Virus record (IMG/VR): IMGVR_UViG_3300044838_000066 | Span: 1 to 50,132 of that record | DNA length: 50,132 nucleotides | Direction: 5' to 3' (one strand) | Source of the DNA: a virus | Lineage: Duplodnaviria; Caudoviricetes | Part shown: in pieces, positions 36,889 through 46,031 of the stretch | How the letters are laid out: the number at the start of each line of letters is the position of its first letter | Position numbering within the stretch: position 1 is the stretch's first letter | Made by a program: the position numbers and the translations under genes | Notes under the pieces: model-generated | What the model saw: only the letters and a program-made list of their open reading frames with translations | What the model was told of the DNA's origin: nothing | Databases searched by the model: none

Positions 36889-37025
36889 ATTGGGTCATCG
36901 GCGCAGGCTTCGCCGAGGTCTTCTCGCGGCATGGAATAGATCAATTCAATTCCGCGCACGCATACCGTAATCGCCACATCCTAGAGCTAACGCGCGGGCT
37001 CAAAGGGCTAGTTGGCGGTTCTTAA
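36711..37025 (+). CDS. -1 frame extension of the tail chaperone (gpGT-like)
   Basis: The -1 frame is open from the T8 run (36709-36716) to TAA at 37025. Confidence 0.6.
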   Translation, partial: FFLGICPTPKSSTQGPLYPNRISLEWIDSLCAAARVDSIFARCDTGERYAGDSVLAAVLNWVIGAGFAEVFSRHGIDQFNSAHAYRNRHILELTRGLKGLVGGS

Positions 37026-37285
37026 CTGGATATGCGCATTGAATGCCGCGAAACGTAATCGCAATACGAACCGCCCACAACCAATGCAACGCCTAAGATC
37101 AAGTAAAGCGTAGCGGGCGGGCTATCCACAAAGAATGCAATAACGGACAAAATAAACACTGGGAAAGCCGCCCATTTCAGCAGCGTTCCGAATGCGCCGA
37201 GAATGAACGAACCCGCAAGGGAAGATTGCTTAGGGGTATTATTATCCGGGATGCGGACGGCATGGATCGTTTGATCGCTGTTCAT
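37022..37285 (-). CDS. Membrane protein (2-3 TM), moron-like
   Basis: Hydrophobic helices; opposite strand to neighbours; TATACT box upstream at 37319-37324. Confidence 0.75.
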   Translation of the reverse strand: MNSDQTIHAVRIPDNNTPKQSSLAGSFILGAFGTLLKWAAFPVFILSVIAFFVDSPPATLYLILGVALVVGGSYCDYVSRHSMRISS

Positions 37286-37429
37286 TTAGGTCGCCTTATA
37301 GAGAGAGTTTGCTCTGGTAGTATATGCCAATAATCCTTAGAACCGCTGATAGGAAGCACACTCTTTACACGTCTTACGGTTGCATTGCCTTACAATGTTA
37401 CCGTTAACAGAAATTAACGGAAATTAACG

Positions 37430-37531
37430 CCGCGTTTTCGGAGGGAAAAGCCGAACCTCGCGCAAGCGAAAAGGCAGAGCCGAACGCACCGAGCGGGCGT
37501 CCTAACGGGCGTGCTATCCCTCCTGCGCGGT
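37430..37531 (+). ncRNA. Candidate structured RNA, domain A
   Basis: CCGCG..GGAGGGA / TCCCTCC..CGCGG closing helix; TCGC-GCAA-GCGA GNRA hairpin; CGTCC-TAAC-GGGCG hairpin. Confidence 0.5.
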
Positions 37532-37545
37532 ACAAAGAATTGCAA

Positions 37546-37610
37546 AGAAAAAACCCGACATGCCTTGCGGCGCATCGGGTTCCCTCACGACATTTGGGAA
37601 CGTCTGAGGG
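37546..37610 (-). ncRNA. Candidate ~65-nt antisense sRNA
   Basis: Minus-strand TGaTACAAT (37623-37615), then a CCCTCAGAC/GTCGTGAGGG hairpin, then terminator AACCCGA...TCGGGTTTTTT. Confidence 0.5.
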
Positions 37611-37661
37611 GTATATTGTATCATCGCCGGGACGGCTTCCTAGCAATACGAGCAGCTATGG

Positions 37662-38042
37662 GCGCACAAGGTCCCTCGGACATCCGCTGATGCGCAAGCC
37701 AATGCGCTTCCCCCGTCGCTCGACGTAGCGGACCGAATCGAGAAACCCCGACCGGCCTAACCGGCTCGGTAGTCGATCCCGGCCCAACGGGTGCGCCAAG
37801 CTCGAATCAAGCGAGGCGTAGCGCTGGTGCAGATGAACACGTCGTTCCTTGAACGCGCGACGAGCATTTGCCACCTGACCCCTGCAAGCAACGTACAGCC
37901 AACCGCCGTTGCGCCTGAGCAGGGAATGACGATTCCTTCCGAAGCGATGGCGACGGAGACAGAAGTCATAAGGGTTCCGTGAGAGCGGCACCTTTATGCC
38001 ACAACCTCGCTCATGCTCAAGAGATGAGGGCTCCTTGTGCGC
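37662..38042 (+). ncRNA. Candidate large structured RNA, domain B (~380 nt)
   Basis: Ends pair perfectly over 10 bp (GCGCACAAGG/CCTTGTGCGC) plus CCCTC/GAGGG; about 10 nested hairpins; no convincing ORF. Confidence 0.6.
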
Positions 38043-38061
38043 ACGTGCGAAACGGTAATCC

Positions 38062-39972
38062 ATGCCGAACACGCGGTCGATAATTCAGATTGACGTTGCC
38101 GACTCAGCCTTCGATGCGTTCCAGGAAAAATTCAAGTCCTACCTTGGCGAGCTAGACAAGCAGCAAGAGAAGTGGGAGAAGGCCGGCTCGGCGATGGGGC
38201 TCTCGGGCGAGGCGCTCGCGGGCGGCGCGCTCAACGCGAAGGACGCCCTCGCAGTAGCGGCGGCGCAAGCCGGGGTTATTTCCGAGGCGATAGCCAAGGC
38301 CGTGAAGGCACAGAACGACCTGGGCGGGGCGACCAAGCGTAGCGGCGATCACATGGGCAAGCTCCACACAGCGGCGAAGGGCGTGGGCGGGGCGATAAGC
38401 AGCATCGCGGGGTTCATCGTCAAGATCGCCGCCTTTGGAGGCTTGGGGGGCCTTCTCGGGGGCCTTGGGATTTCCGACCTCGCGGGGGCTACGCTCCAGC
38501 GTTCGCGATCGGCGGGACGGCTCAATATGAGTACCGGCGCGCTGGCGAGCTTCGGGGTACACCTCCAACAGTTTCTCGGCACGGGCGACCTCCAGAATGC
38601 CGTCATGGCACAAAACACCGTGGGTGGCCTCGGTGCGCTTTCCATGCTCGGGATTAACCCGCAGCGTGCTCAAGGGATGAATCCAGGGAACCTGGCTATT
38701 GAGGAACTCAGGGCCGCAACGAAGATATACCTTGGCGACAAGGCTCGCGGCATGCAGACACCTCTGAGCGATCCGTACCTCAAGAACGTATTCCAGGGGA
38801 TGCTCGGCGGCGATATTCAGAGCGTTCTCCTTGCCGCGCAGCCTGGCGGATTGTCAGAATTAGATAAAAGACAACGCGGATTCAATCAAGATATCGCTGG
38901 GAATCAAATAGGAAAAAAACAGCAAGATGCATGGAATAATCTCGCTATTACGCTTGGAGCGGCCGGTACGAAAATCCAAACACTGTTTATCGACAAGCTA
39001 TCCGGGCTTGCGGGGCCGATAGGAAAACTCACGGACGCATTCGTGGGGTTCATTGGGAAAATTCTCGGAAGCTCCGGCGCTACGTATGCAATTGACACAC
39101 TCTCGAAAAACTTGGATAAGTTCGGCACGTACTTAACCGATGGGCAATTCCAAAAAGACTTACAGACGACGCAGAAGAATTTTCACGATTTCAGTAACGA
39201 GCTTGCGGTTATCGTGAATCATCTCCGATGGTTACTGCCAAATGCGCCGCCGGCAACCGAATCCCAGAAGGACGTAAATACACATAAGTACTTGGAAAAC
39301 CAAAATCCGCTCGCATCTTTGGGCGTTGACTTAGGATTGAAGGCTTCGAACTTTTTCAGCGGCCCCCATGGCGTCATGGCAAAGAAAATCATGGGAATTG
39401 CAGCGAATATGATGGTCGATCCGATTACGGCTGCTGCAACCGCGTTTTTAGAATCAGGTTTCAATCCACGCGCGCAAGGCGACAAGAATAAGAAAGGGGG
39501 ATATGATTCTAGCGGACTCTTTCAACTCAATCGGTACGGAGAGGGTGCGGGCATGCTCCTTAGTCAACTGTTCGATCCGAAAACGAATACGCAGACTGCT
39601 CTCTCACGGTTTTCGTACATAAACAAAATAGGCGAGAAGGCGACGGAGAATCTCTTTTCAAAGGCAGTAAGAAGCGCGGCAACTCATGTTGATTCACACG
39701 GTAATCCCTTGGGGCCAAACGTATCGCACGCACAAATCTCAGCGCTTTTCAACACGGAGGGAATGCGATCTGCTGCATCTCAGCGCCCTTCAGACCCGTA
39801 TGATTATGCGATCCACATAAACCAAATACGCGCAGCAATGCTTAGGCAACTTTCGCATTCTCCTAAGCCCGCACAGAAGACCGTACCTCATACGCCTGTG
39901 CCGACTAAAATTCACATCGTAAACCAAACGCAAGCGCGCGTCGTCGTGCAAGCAAACGCGGCGGCGTACTAA
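38062..39972 (+). CDS. Tape measure protein with C-terminal lytic transglycosylase domain
   Basis: Ala/Gly-rich helical 636 aa; LESGFNPRAQGD...SSGLFQL SLT motif. Confidence 0.88.
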   Translation: MPNTRSIIQIDVADSAFDAFQEKFKSYLGELDKQQEKWEKAGSAMGLSGEALAGGALNAKDALAVAAAQAGVISEAIAKAVKAQNDLGGATKRSGDHMGKLHTAAKGVGGAISSIAGFIVKIAAFGGLGGLLGGLGISDLAGATLQRSRSAGRLNMSTGALASFGVHLQQFLGTGDLQNAVMAQNTVGGLGALSMLGINPQRAQGMNPGNLAIEELRAATKIYLGDKARGMQTPLSDPYLKNVFQGMLGGDIQSVLLAAQPGGLSELDKRQRGFNQDIAGNQIGKKQQDAWNNLAITLGAAGTKIQTLFIDKLSGLAGPIGKLTDAFVGFIGKILGSSGATYAIDTLSKNLDKFGTYLTDGQFQKDLQTTQKNFHDFSNELAVIVNHLRWLLPNAPPATESQKDVNTHKYLENQNPLASLGVDLGLKASNFFSGPHGVMAKKIMGIAANMMVDPITAAATAFLESGFNPRAQGDKNKKGGYDSSGLFQLNRYGEGAGMLLSQLFDPKTNTQTALSRFSYINKIGEKATENLFSKAVRSAATHVDSHGNPLGPNVSHAQISALFNTEGMRSAASQRPSDPYDYAIHINQIRAAMLRQLSHSPKPAQKTVPHTPVPTKIHIVNQTQARVVVQANAAAY

Positions 39973-40718
39973 TGAGTAACCTTCCGCCGACCGTGCAAAC
40001 CTCCACATCGCCCGCACAATCGTTCCGATCGCAGTATGACCTTGCATTTCAAGTGTCTCCCATTATATTGCAAAACGGCATCGTGACCGCGCAGGGACAC
40101 CTCGCGCCGATTACCGATTACACGGGCGGTTCTCCCGCTTCGCTGGACGACGCATTCGCGCGGTATCTTCCGATGCCGGGATCGACGTTGATTAGTCAGA
40201 CAGTTGCAACGTATCCCTTTGCAAATCAAAGCGTGGCGGCAAACGCGACGATTCAACAGCCGCTTACAATCTCGTTGCTTATGATCGCGCCCGTGAATCA
40301 AGAAAGCGGATACCAAGCGAAGTTGTCACTCTTCACCGCGCTCCAAAACACGCTGCATCAGCACAACGCTCTCGGCGGAACGTACATAGTCGCGACGCCT
40401 GCATTCGTGTACTCGTATGTGATTATGACTGCCATGACGGACGTGACGCCGCAAGTCTCAGCGGACGGCGGTAAGCAAGTCCAGATAATGTACCAGCTCG
40501 ACTGGATACAGCCGTTGGTCACAAGCGCGGCCCTCACCGTGCAGCAAGGCGCGCTTATGCAAACCATTACGAATGGAAATAAGATCACAGGTCAGCCGAG
40601 ATATTCCGGCAATCCGTCGTCGTCGCCCGCGAATCAAACCGGCGTCGTCGCATCGCTTGGCAATGTAACGGCAGCGGGTTCGTCCTTCGGCGTTCCGACA
40701 CCGAGCGCGGCGATATGA
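39972..40718 (+). CDS. Baseplate / tube-initiator (Dit-like) protein
   Basis: Position after the tape measure; TAATG coupling. Confidence 0.7.
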   Translation: MSNLPPTVQTSTSPAQSFRSQYDLAFQVSPIILQNGIVTAQGHLAPITDYTGGSPASLDDAFARYLPMPGSTLISQTVATYPFANQSVAANATIQQPLTISLLMIAPVNQESGYQAKLSLFTALQNTLHQHNALGGTYIVATPAFVYSYVIMTAMTDVTPQVSADGGKQVQIMYQLDWIQPLVTSAALTVQQGALMQTITNGNKITGQPRYSGNPSSSPANQTGVVASLGNVTAAGSSFGVPTPSAAI

Positions 40719-40999
40719 GTACGACGCTGCTTGCGTTTACGCCAAGCCCTGTCGCAGCGCCGCCGTTCTCCGCGATTGTGACGATCGACGGAGCGAGCTA
40801 TACGCTTGCGACGGCTTGGAATTTTTACGGTCAGAGATGGTACTTCAGTCTTAGCGATCAATTCGGCAATCTCACCATAAATTCTCCGCTCATCGGCTCA
40901 CCTCCGAATGCAAACATCTATCTTGCGCCGGGCATCTTCACGAAAACGACGTTGCTCTTTCGTGTATCGACAAACAATTTTGAGATTACGACGACGTGA
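40715..40999 (+). CDS. Small baseplate protein
   Basis: WN.YGQRWY motif; position. Confidence 0.7.
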   Translation: MSTTLLAFTPSPVAAPPFSAIVTIDGASYTLATAWNFYGQRWYFSLSDQFGNLTINSPLIGSPPNANIYLAPGIFTKTTLLFRVSTNNFEITTT

Positions 41000-41973
41000 G
41001 ATATTACTCGATCGCCCTGACTCCTCCGACGTTCGCAGGACAAGGACCGCAACTCCCAACGAAAACGTGGACATCGTATCCCGGAGGCAAGATCGACCCC
41101 GGCGCGCTGCAAGTGGAAATGGACATCCTCGGAAGTTTCCTCGGCATACCCGGCGGAGACGTTGGCGCATGCACCGTTACGATTCACGGCATTCCGCTTT
41201 CCGACTTGCGCCAAGCGCAGAATTACTTCGGATCGACCATTTCAGTAAGCGGCGGATTCAAGAAGGGCCTTCCGCTCGCATCTCCGTCGCAGTCGGGATT
41301 GCTTGTGAAAGGCACCGTATGGCAATCGTTTAGTAATTGGATCGGCGACGATATGTCCCTGACATTTGTCATCGTACCATCCTTTTATACGCAGGACATA
41401 AATCGGGGTGATTTTTCGTTTTCATGGTCTAAAGGACAGCCGCTTTCCGATGCGATACAAACAGCGCTGAAATCTGCATATCCGCCTCCTAGATTTAAAA
41501 TAAATATGGCGATCGGCAACTACTCAACGCCGCAATTTATCGGTCATAAAATAGAAACGCTAATCGAATTTTCACAGTTCATCAATTCGCATATAAAAGG
41601 GCTCATAAATATCTTCATGTGGGACGGCGTGAACGTCTTCGTTACGGACAATTCCGTACAGCCCAAGCCCAAGATCCTCAATTTTATCGACCTCATCGGG
41701 CAACCGAAATGGGTAAACTTCAAGATCATGCAATTTATGACGCCCATGCGCGCAGACATCCAGATCAATACCCTAGTAAATATGCCGCAAGGGCTCCCGG
41801 ACGCACCCGGTACGGTGACGACGACGGCTGTATCCGCACCCTCGCAAGCGAAGTATCAATCCGCGTTCCAAGGGAGTTTCACCGTGCAATCGGTACGGCA
41901 CGTCGGCAACTTCCGCGATCCCGACGGCGCATCATGGTCAAGCATCTTCGAGGCATTCCCGAATGCCGTCTAA
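40996..41973 (+). CDS. Baseplate hub protein
   Basis: DLIGQP and VRHVGNFR....W motifs; position. Confidence 0.75.
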   Translation: MRYYSIALTPPTFAGQGPQLPTKTWTSYPGGKIDPGALQVEMDILGSFLGIPGGDVGACTVTIHGIPLSDLRQAQNYFGSTISVSGGFKKGLPLASPSQSGLLVKGTVWQSFSNWIGDDMSLTFVIVPSFYTQDINRGDFSFSWSKGQPLSDAIQTALKSAYPPPRFKINMAIGNYSTPQFIGHKIETLIEFSQFINSHIKGLINIFMWDGVNVFVTDNSVQPKPKILNFIDLIGQPKWVNFKIMQFMTPMRADIQINTLVNMPQGLPDAPGTVTTTAVSAPSQAKYQSAFQGSFTVQSVRHVGNFRDPDGASWSSIFEAFPNAV

Positions 41974-42577
41974 CGATAACAATACGCTATGGTTTCAGCG
42001 ATCATTAAATAAAACGGCTGAAAATAAAGCCCGTGCGGTCATTGCGCGAACGGGACGCGCGCTTCCATGCGTCGTTACCGCTATATTCGGATCGATGGTT
42101 ACTGTTTCGTTCCAGGTTCAGAGTTCCAGTCCGTATTCTCTGCCGGAGTTAACGATTCCGAAGGCGGAAAGCCAATGGATGCGCGCACCGACGCAAATCG
42201 GAGACGCGGGGATAACGGTTCCCGCCGACACATCCATAGGCGGCATTAACGGTGCAGGCGCGGGCGTTGCACAAGTGAATATTGCATACGGAAATTTATC
42301 TGCATTGATTTTCGTGCCGGTCGCTTCGAGCGCGTTTCCCGCATCGCCTAATGCAAATCAAGCCTGGATAAATGGACCTGCGGGCGCGGTTCTCTCCGAT
42401 GAAGCGCAAACTGCATCCGTTACCGTGAGTGCGAATCTCGTAACGATTAAAGCGGGCTCTTCGACGTGGACGTTTGCGCCGGGCGCGTTCACAATGGCAT
42501 CGGGCGTCGTCGCGGAGACGCACGTACATGGCGGGGTCGCAGGCGGAAGCAGCGTAACAGGGACACCGGAGGCATAA
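41963..42577 (+). CDS. Baseplate central spike
   Basis: C-terminal THVHGGV..G...TG.P metal-binding HxH tip. Confidence 0.85.
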   Translation: MPSNDNNTLWFQRSLNKTAENKARAVIARTGRALPCVVTAIFGSMVTVSFQVQSSSPYSLPELTIPKAESQWMRAPTQIGDAGITVPADTSIGGINGAGAGVAQVNIAYGNLSALIFVPVASSAFPASPNANQAWINGPAGAVLSDEAQTASVTVSANLVTIKAGSSTWTFAPGAFTMASGVVAETHVHGGVAGGSSVTGTPEA

Positions 42578-42927
42578 TGCGCGTTTGGGGAAGAACCGGA
42601 CAAGTCAACGGCATCGGCGGGACATGGACGCTCGTGCAAACCGATGCGAACGGGTTCAACGGAAATGTATACCTGACAAACGTAGTTCAGGTCCTCAAAC
42701 TTTCGCTTGGAGAATCGCCTATTTTCGGTTCATACGGAATACCTGGCGCTCAGAGCGTGATTACCCAGGTGGTTCCTGACTTTTACGCGGCGGCAACGCA
42801 AACGCAATTTTCGCCGCAATTCGCGAGCTTGTCGATTACCCGCGTGCGAGGTTCATTTCCGCCTACCTACAACGTCGCGGCGACCTTCATCCCAGGAACG
42901 ATAGCCTCTTCGCCGGTAGCTACCTAG
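42577..42927 (+). CDS. Baseplate wedge / sheath-initiator-like protein
   Basis: TAATG overlap; LKLSLGESPIF...GIP; start reassigned. Confidence 0.7.
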   Translation: MRVWGRTGQVNGIGGTWTLVQTDANGFNGNVYLTNVVQVLKLSLGESPIFGSYGIPGAQSVITQVVPDFYAAATQTQFSPQFASLSITRVRGSFPPTYNVAATFIPGTIASSPVAT

Positions 42928-42928
42928 C

Positions 42929-44131
42929 GTGAGTGCTCTCCCGCCGCTCCTCTTCGCGGCTTCCGGCCCCGTAGCGACCCCTCCGGCGGATTTGAACGCG
43001 CATCTTATCGCGCTCGCCGAATCGATGTCTCCCGGCTTGACGATCTTGCCGGCGGGATTGATCGAGGACCTCGCTTCGACCGGCACCGGCGCGCTCGTAA
43101 CGATTGACCAGGCGCGCGTTGACGCCGTGAACTCTGTTTCCCCCCTATATGCGAACGCCTACCTCCTTGCCGCCGAAGGCGCGCAGTTCGGCATCCCGCA
43201 GAATCAGCCGTCGAACGCTTCGGTCTATGTCGTTTTTACCGGCAGCGCGGGCTACGTCATCCCGCCCGGCTTCACGGTATCGGACGGGACTTCGCAATAC
43301 AGCATTCAAGATGGCGGCGTGATCGCGAGCGGCGACACCTCCTCGCCGCTGTACGCCGTCGCGACGAATTCGAACGTCTTCGCGATCCCTGCGGGCACCG
43401 TAACGCAGATCGTGACCTCTGTCCCGAAACCGTACACGCTCACGGTAACGAACCCGCTTGCGGGCGTCCCGGCGCAGGCGGCGGAGACGGAAGAGAGCTA
43501 CCGCTCGCGGCTCCTCCAGGCGTCTCAGGTCGCACTCAGCGGCACGCAAACGTACCTGAAGGCGCTGCTTCATGCAGTGCCGGGCGTAGCGGCGCGATTG
43601 GTATCGGTCATACAGGCCGGTGGAACATTTGTCGTTGTTTGTAGCGGAGGCGATCCCTATGCAACTGCTTACGCGATTTATCAAGGCGTAAGCAACGTCG
43701 GACTACTGTCCGGCTCTACGGTAAGCTCCGGGCGCAATATCTCTGCCTCAATTTATGATGCCCCTGATACATACAACGTTGTTTTTGTTTCGCCGCCTCA
43801 AGCCGTTGTTGGAATATCCGCGACCTGGAATACAACGCTCGTCAACTTCACTTCATCGCTTGTGGTAGACCTTTTGATCGTCAAAGCTATGCAAGCATAC
43901 ATCAATGGGATTCAAGTCGGACAGCCGATCAATCTCCTCGTGATGACCGAAGCGATTCAGGTCGCTATCGCGCCGGTTCTCGCCGCCGTGAATTTGACGA
44001 CGCTTATATTTGCAGTCACAATAAACAGTATAACGGCAACGCCAACGGCTGGAACGTCAATAATTCCTGCGCCAGATGCGGAAACATATTTTTACATTTC
44101 CCCAAGCGGCGCAACAAGCGCACAAGGATAA
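42929..44131 (+). CDS. Baseplate J / gp47-like protein
   Basis: VFTG.AGYVIP.G..VSD and ETEESYRSRL motifs. Confidence 0.88.
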   Translation: MSALPPLLFAASGPVATPPADLNAHLIALAESMSPGLTILPAGLIEDLASTGTGALVTIDQARVDAVNSVSPLYANAYLLAAEGAQFGIPQNQPSNASVYVVFTGSAGYVIPPGFTVSDGTSQYSIQDGGVIASGDTSSPLYAVATNSNVFAIPAGTVTQIVTSVPKPYTLTVTNPLAGVPAQAAETEESYRSRLLQASQVALSGTQTYLKALLHAVPGVAARLVSVIQAGGTFVVVCSGGDPYATAYAIYQGVSNVGLLSGSTVSSGRNISASIYDAPDTYNVVFVSPPQAVVGISATWNTTLVNFTSSLVVDLLIVKAMQAYINGIQVGQPINLLVMTEAIQVAIAPVLAAVNLTTLIFAVTINSITATPTAGTSIIPAPDAETYFYISPSGATSAQG

Positions 44132-44134
44132 AAC

Positions 44135-45145
44135 ATGGCAAATTTACTCAAAGAATCATTCGCTATCGAGAACATTGCAGACTTTGCGGCAGGCAAATGG
44201 ACGAGCGGAACTCCGAACGCTGTAGGAACAGCGCAAGGTCGCTTAGGCGGATATGGGGTTCAGATATTAGGAGGGAATGATTTAAAATACAATATACCGG
44301 GAACGCCTGGCACCATTATCGTTGGCGGTGCTTATTATTTCAGAGGCGCTCAAGTACGGATGATGCTTTCTGATGTTTCTAATACCACGCAGATGTATCT
44401 TTATCATGATAGTAATACATCATTATTATCCGTGCGGAATTGGGCTGGAACTATCCTCGGTTCTTATACGGTGCTATTAAATGCTTGGAATTACATTGAA
44501 TTTAAGATTGTATTGTCAACATCGACGACAGGCAGCTTTACCACGCAGATCAATGGAGTGAACATTCCGGCTCTAACATTCACTGGTATAAAGACCTCAA
44601 ATACTACAACAGCCGCTGGTATATTACAATTTTCTGGAGATTCGGGAGGAGACAATTACAATTTCGCAGATGTGTATGTGAACGACACAACTGGATCGAC
44701 AAATAATTCGTTTATGGGAGATATCAAACAACTTACTGGGAGACCAATCGGTGCGGGATTAAATACGAATTGGGCGATTGGTGGGACATCGCCCGCAGCA
44801 ACGAATTGGCAAAGCGTCAATGATGCCCAGCCTAATTACGATGTGACGTACGTCGACGATCTTACGCCTGGCGATATTGATCTTTATCCAATGAGTGTGC
44901 CGTCCGGTTTAAATACATTTGAATCGCTTACGGTATATTCAATGGTACGAAAAGACGATGCTGGAACTCGTCAGGTCGCCGTATGTATTTCGAATGGGAC
45001 AACGGTTTTCGTTGGGCCTACATATACTATCGGCACGACGTATAGCTACATACAAGGAACGTGGGATTCTAATCCCTTTACGTCTGCGGCCTGGATCGTT
45101 GCGGATGCCTCAACGCTGCAAATTGGCATTAAGGTAATTTCGTAA
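44135..45145 (+). CDS. ConA/lectin-like beta-sandwich virion protein (possible receptor-binding)
   Basis: WNYIEFKI, F.DVYV.D motifs; visibly lower GC than neighbours. Confidence 0.65.
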   Translation: MANLLKESFAIENIADFAAGKWTSGTPNAVGTAQGRLGGYGVQILGGNDLKYNIPGTPGTIIVGGAYYFRGAQVRMMLSDVSNTTQMYLYHDSNTSLLSVRNWAGTILGSYTVLLNAWNYIEFKIVLSTSTTGSFTTQINGVNIPALTFTGIKTSNTTTAAGILQFSGDSGGDNYNFADVYVNDTTGSTNNSFMGDIKQLTGRPIGAGLNTNWAIGGTSPAATNWQSVNDAQPNYDVTYVDDLTPGDIDLYPMSVPSGLNTFESLTVYSMVRKDDAGTRQVAVCISNGTTVFVGPTYTIGTTYSYIQGTWDSNPFTSAAWIVADASTLQIGIKVIS

Positions 45146-45149
45146 GAGC

Positions 45150-46031
45150 ATGGCTAATCGCGCGACGCAGGTCTCCGCGTTTCTTGAATCGAGCGCGTCG
45201 CCGCACATTCGCGCGACGCAGGTCTCCGCGTTTCTTACCGCTCAAACTAGCGCGGGAGCGACGATTCAAGATGCGCAGCGCGTATCAGCTATCGGCGCCG
45301 AGTCGTTCAGCGCCAGTGCCGCGACGCGACAGGACGATCAGCATGTATCTGCGAGCGGAAAGGCTCTCGGGCCAAAGCCGACGCCTAACCCTGCTCCCGT
45401 GTGGCCTACGCCGCTTACCGAGATATTAAAAGCCTATCCGTATGTGCAATATCAAGACGATCCGAACATCGTCGCGTTCTTCAGCGCGTACAATATCATT
45501 GCGCAGTCCTATCTTGACTGGTTCAATGAAACGCCGCTCGCACTATACACGAACCCGAACGTGAACGGACAACTCCTCGATTGGATCGGCCAAGGAATAT
45601 ACGGCATACCGCGTCCCGTGTTCTCCACGCTTGCGAAGCATATCATCGTCGCGAATATCGACGGCATTCCGCTAGACACAATGGAGATCGACGGCAGCAG
45701 TTTCTTCGAGACGGGGACTGCTGTCACGGCGAACGATGATTTTTACAAGCGCGTGATTACATGGCTTACATACATCTGCGACGGGCGCATGACGAACGCG
45801 AACGTGATACGCAAGCGCGTCGCGCGCTTTCTCTACGGCGTCAACGGCACGGATATCACCGCAACGCAGGCGCAGGCCGTGAGCGTCGCGGTTGTCACGT
45901 CGCCGAGTCTATCGTATGCGATCACGGTACCGTCGTCGGCGAATCCGGCATCGACGTACTTCCAGGATGCATTTAATTCTGGTACGTTATCTTTTCCCTT
46001 CCAACTCTCCGCAACTGTGAGCATAGTTTGA
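45150..46031 (+). CDS. Baseplate wedge (gp48/DUF2612-like) with N-terminal repeat extension
   Basis: LLDWIG.GIYG..RP and DDFYKR motifs; N-terminal RATQVSAFL x2 and two QD repeats. Confidence 0.75.
   Translation: MANRATQVSAFLESSASPHIRATQVSAFLTAQTSAGATIQDAQRVSAIGAESFSASAATRQDDQHVSASGKALGPKPTPNPAPVWPTPLTEILKAYPYVQYQDDPNIVAFFSAYNIIAQSYLDWFNETPLALYTNPNVNGQLLDWIGQGIYGIPRPVFSTLAKHIIVANIDGIPLDTMEIDGSSFFETGTAVTANDDFYKRVITWLTYICDGRMTNANVIRKRVARFLYGVNGTDITATQAQAVSVAVVTSPSLSYAITVPSSANPASTYFQDAFNSGTLSFPFQLSATVSIV

Noticed and set aside
37404-37427. CtrA box
   Set aside because: Spacing is TTAA-N6-TTAA, not N7.
37436-37560. Resemblance to RNase P RNA (GGAGGGAAAAGCCGAAC, UAAC loop) or a c-di-GMP-I riboswitch
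   Set aside because: No P4 partner strand or conserved 3' region found, and the riboswitch consensus is incomplete.
37790-38050. GTGCG motifs suggesting a group II intron
   Set aside because: No domain V hairpin, no RT/maturase and no interrupted gene.
37404-38072. Short ORFs across the gap on both strands
   Set aside because: No SDs or recognisable motifs; they overlap each other and a terminator.
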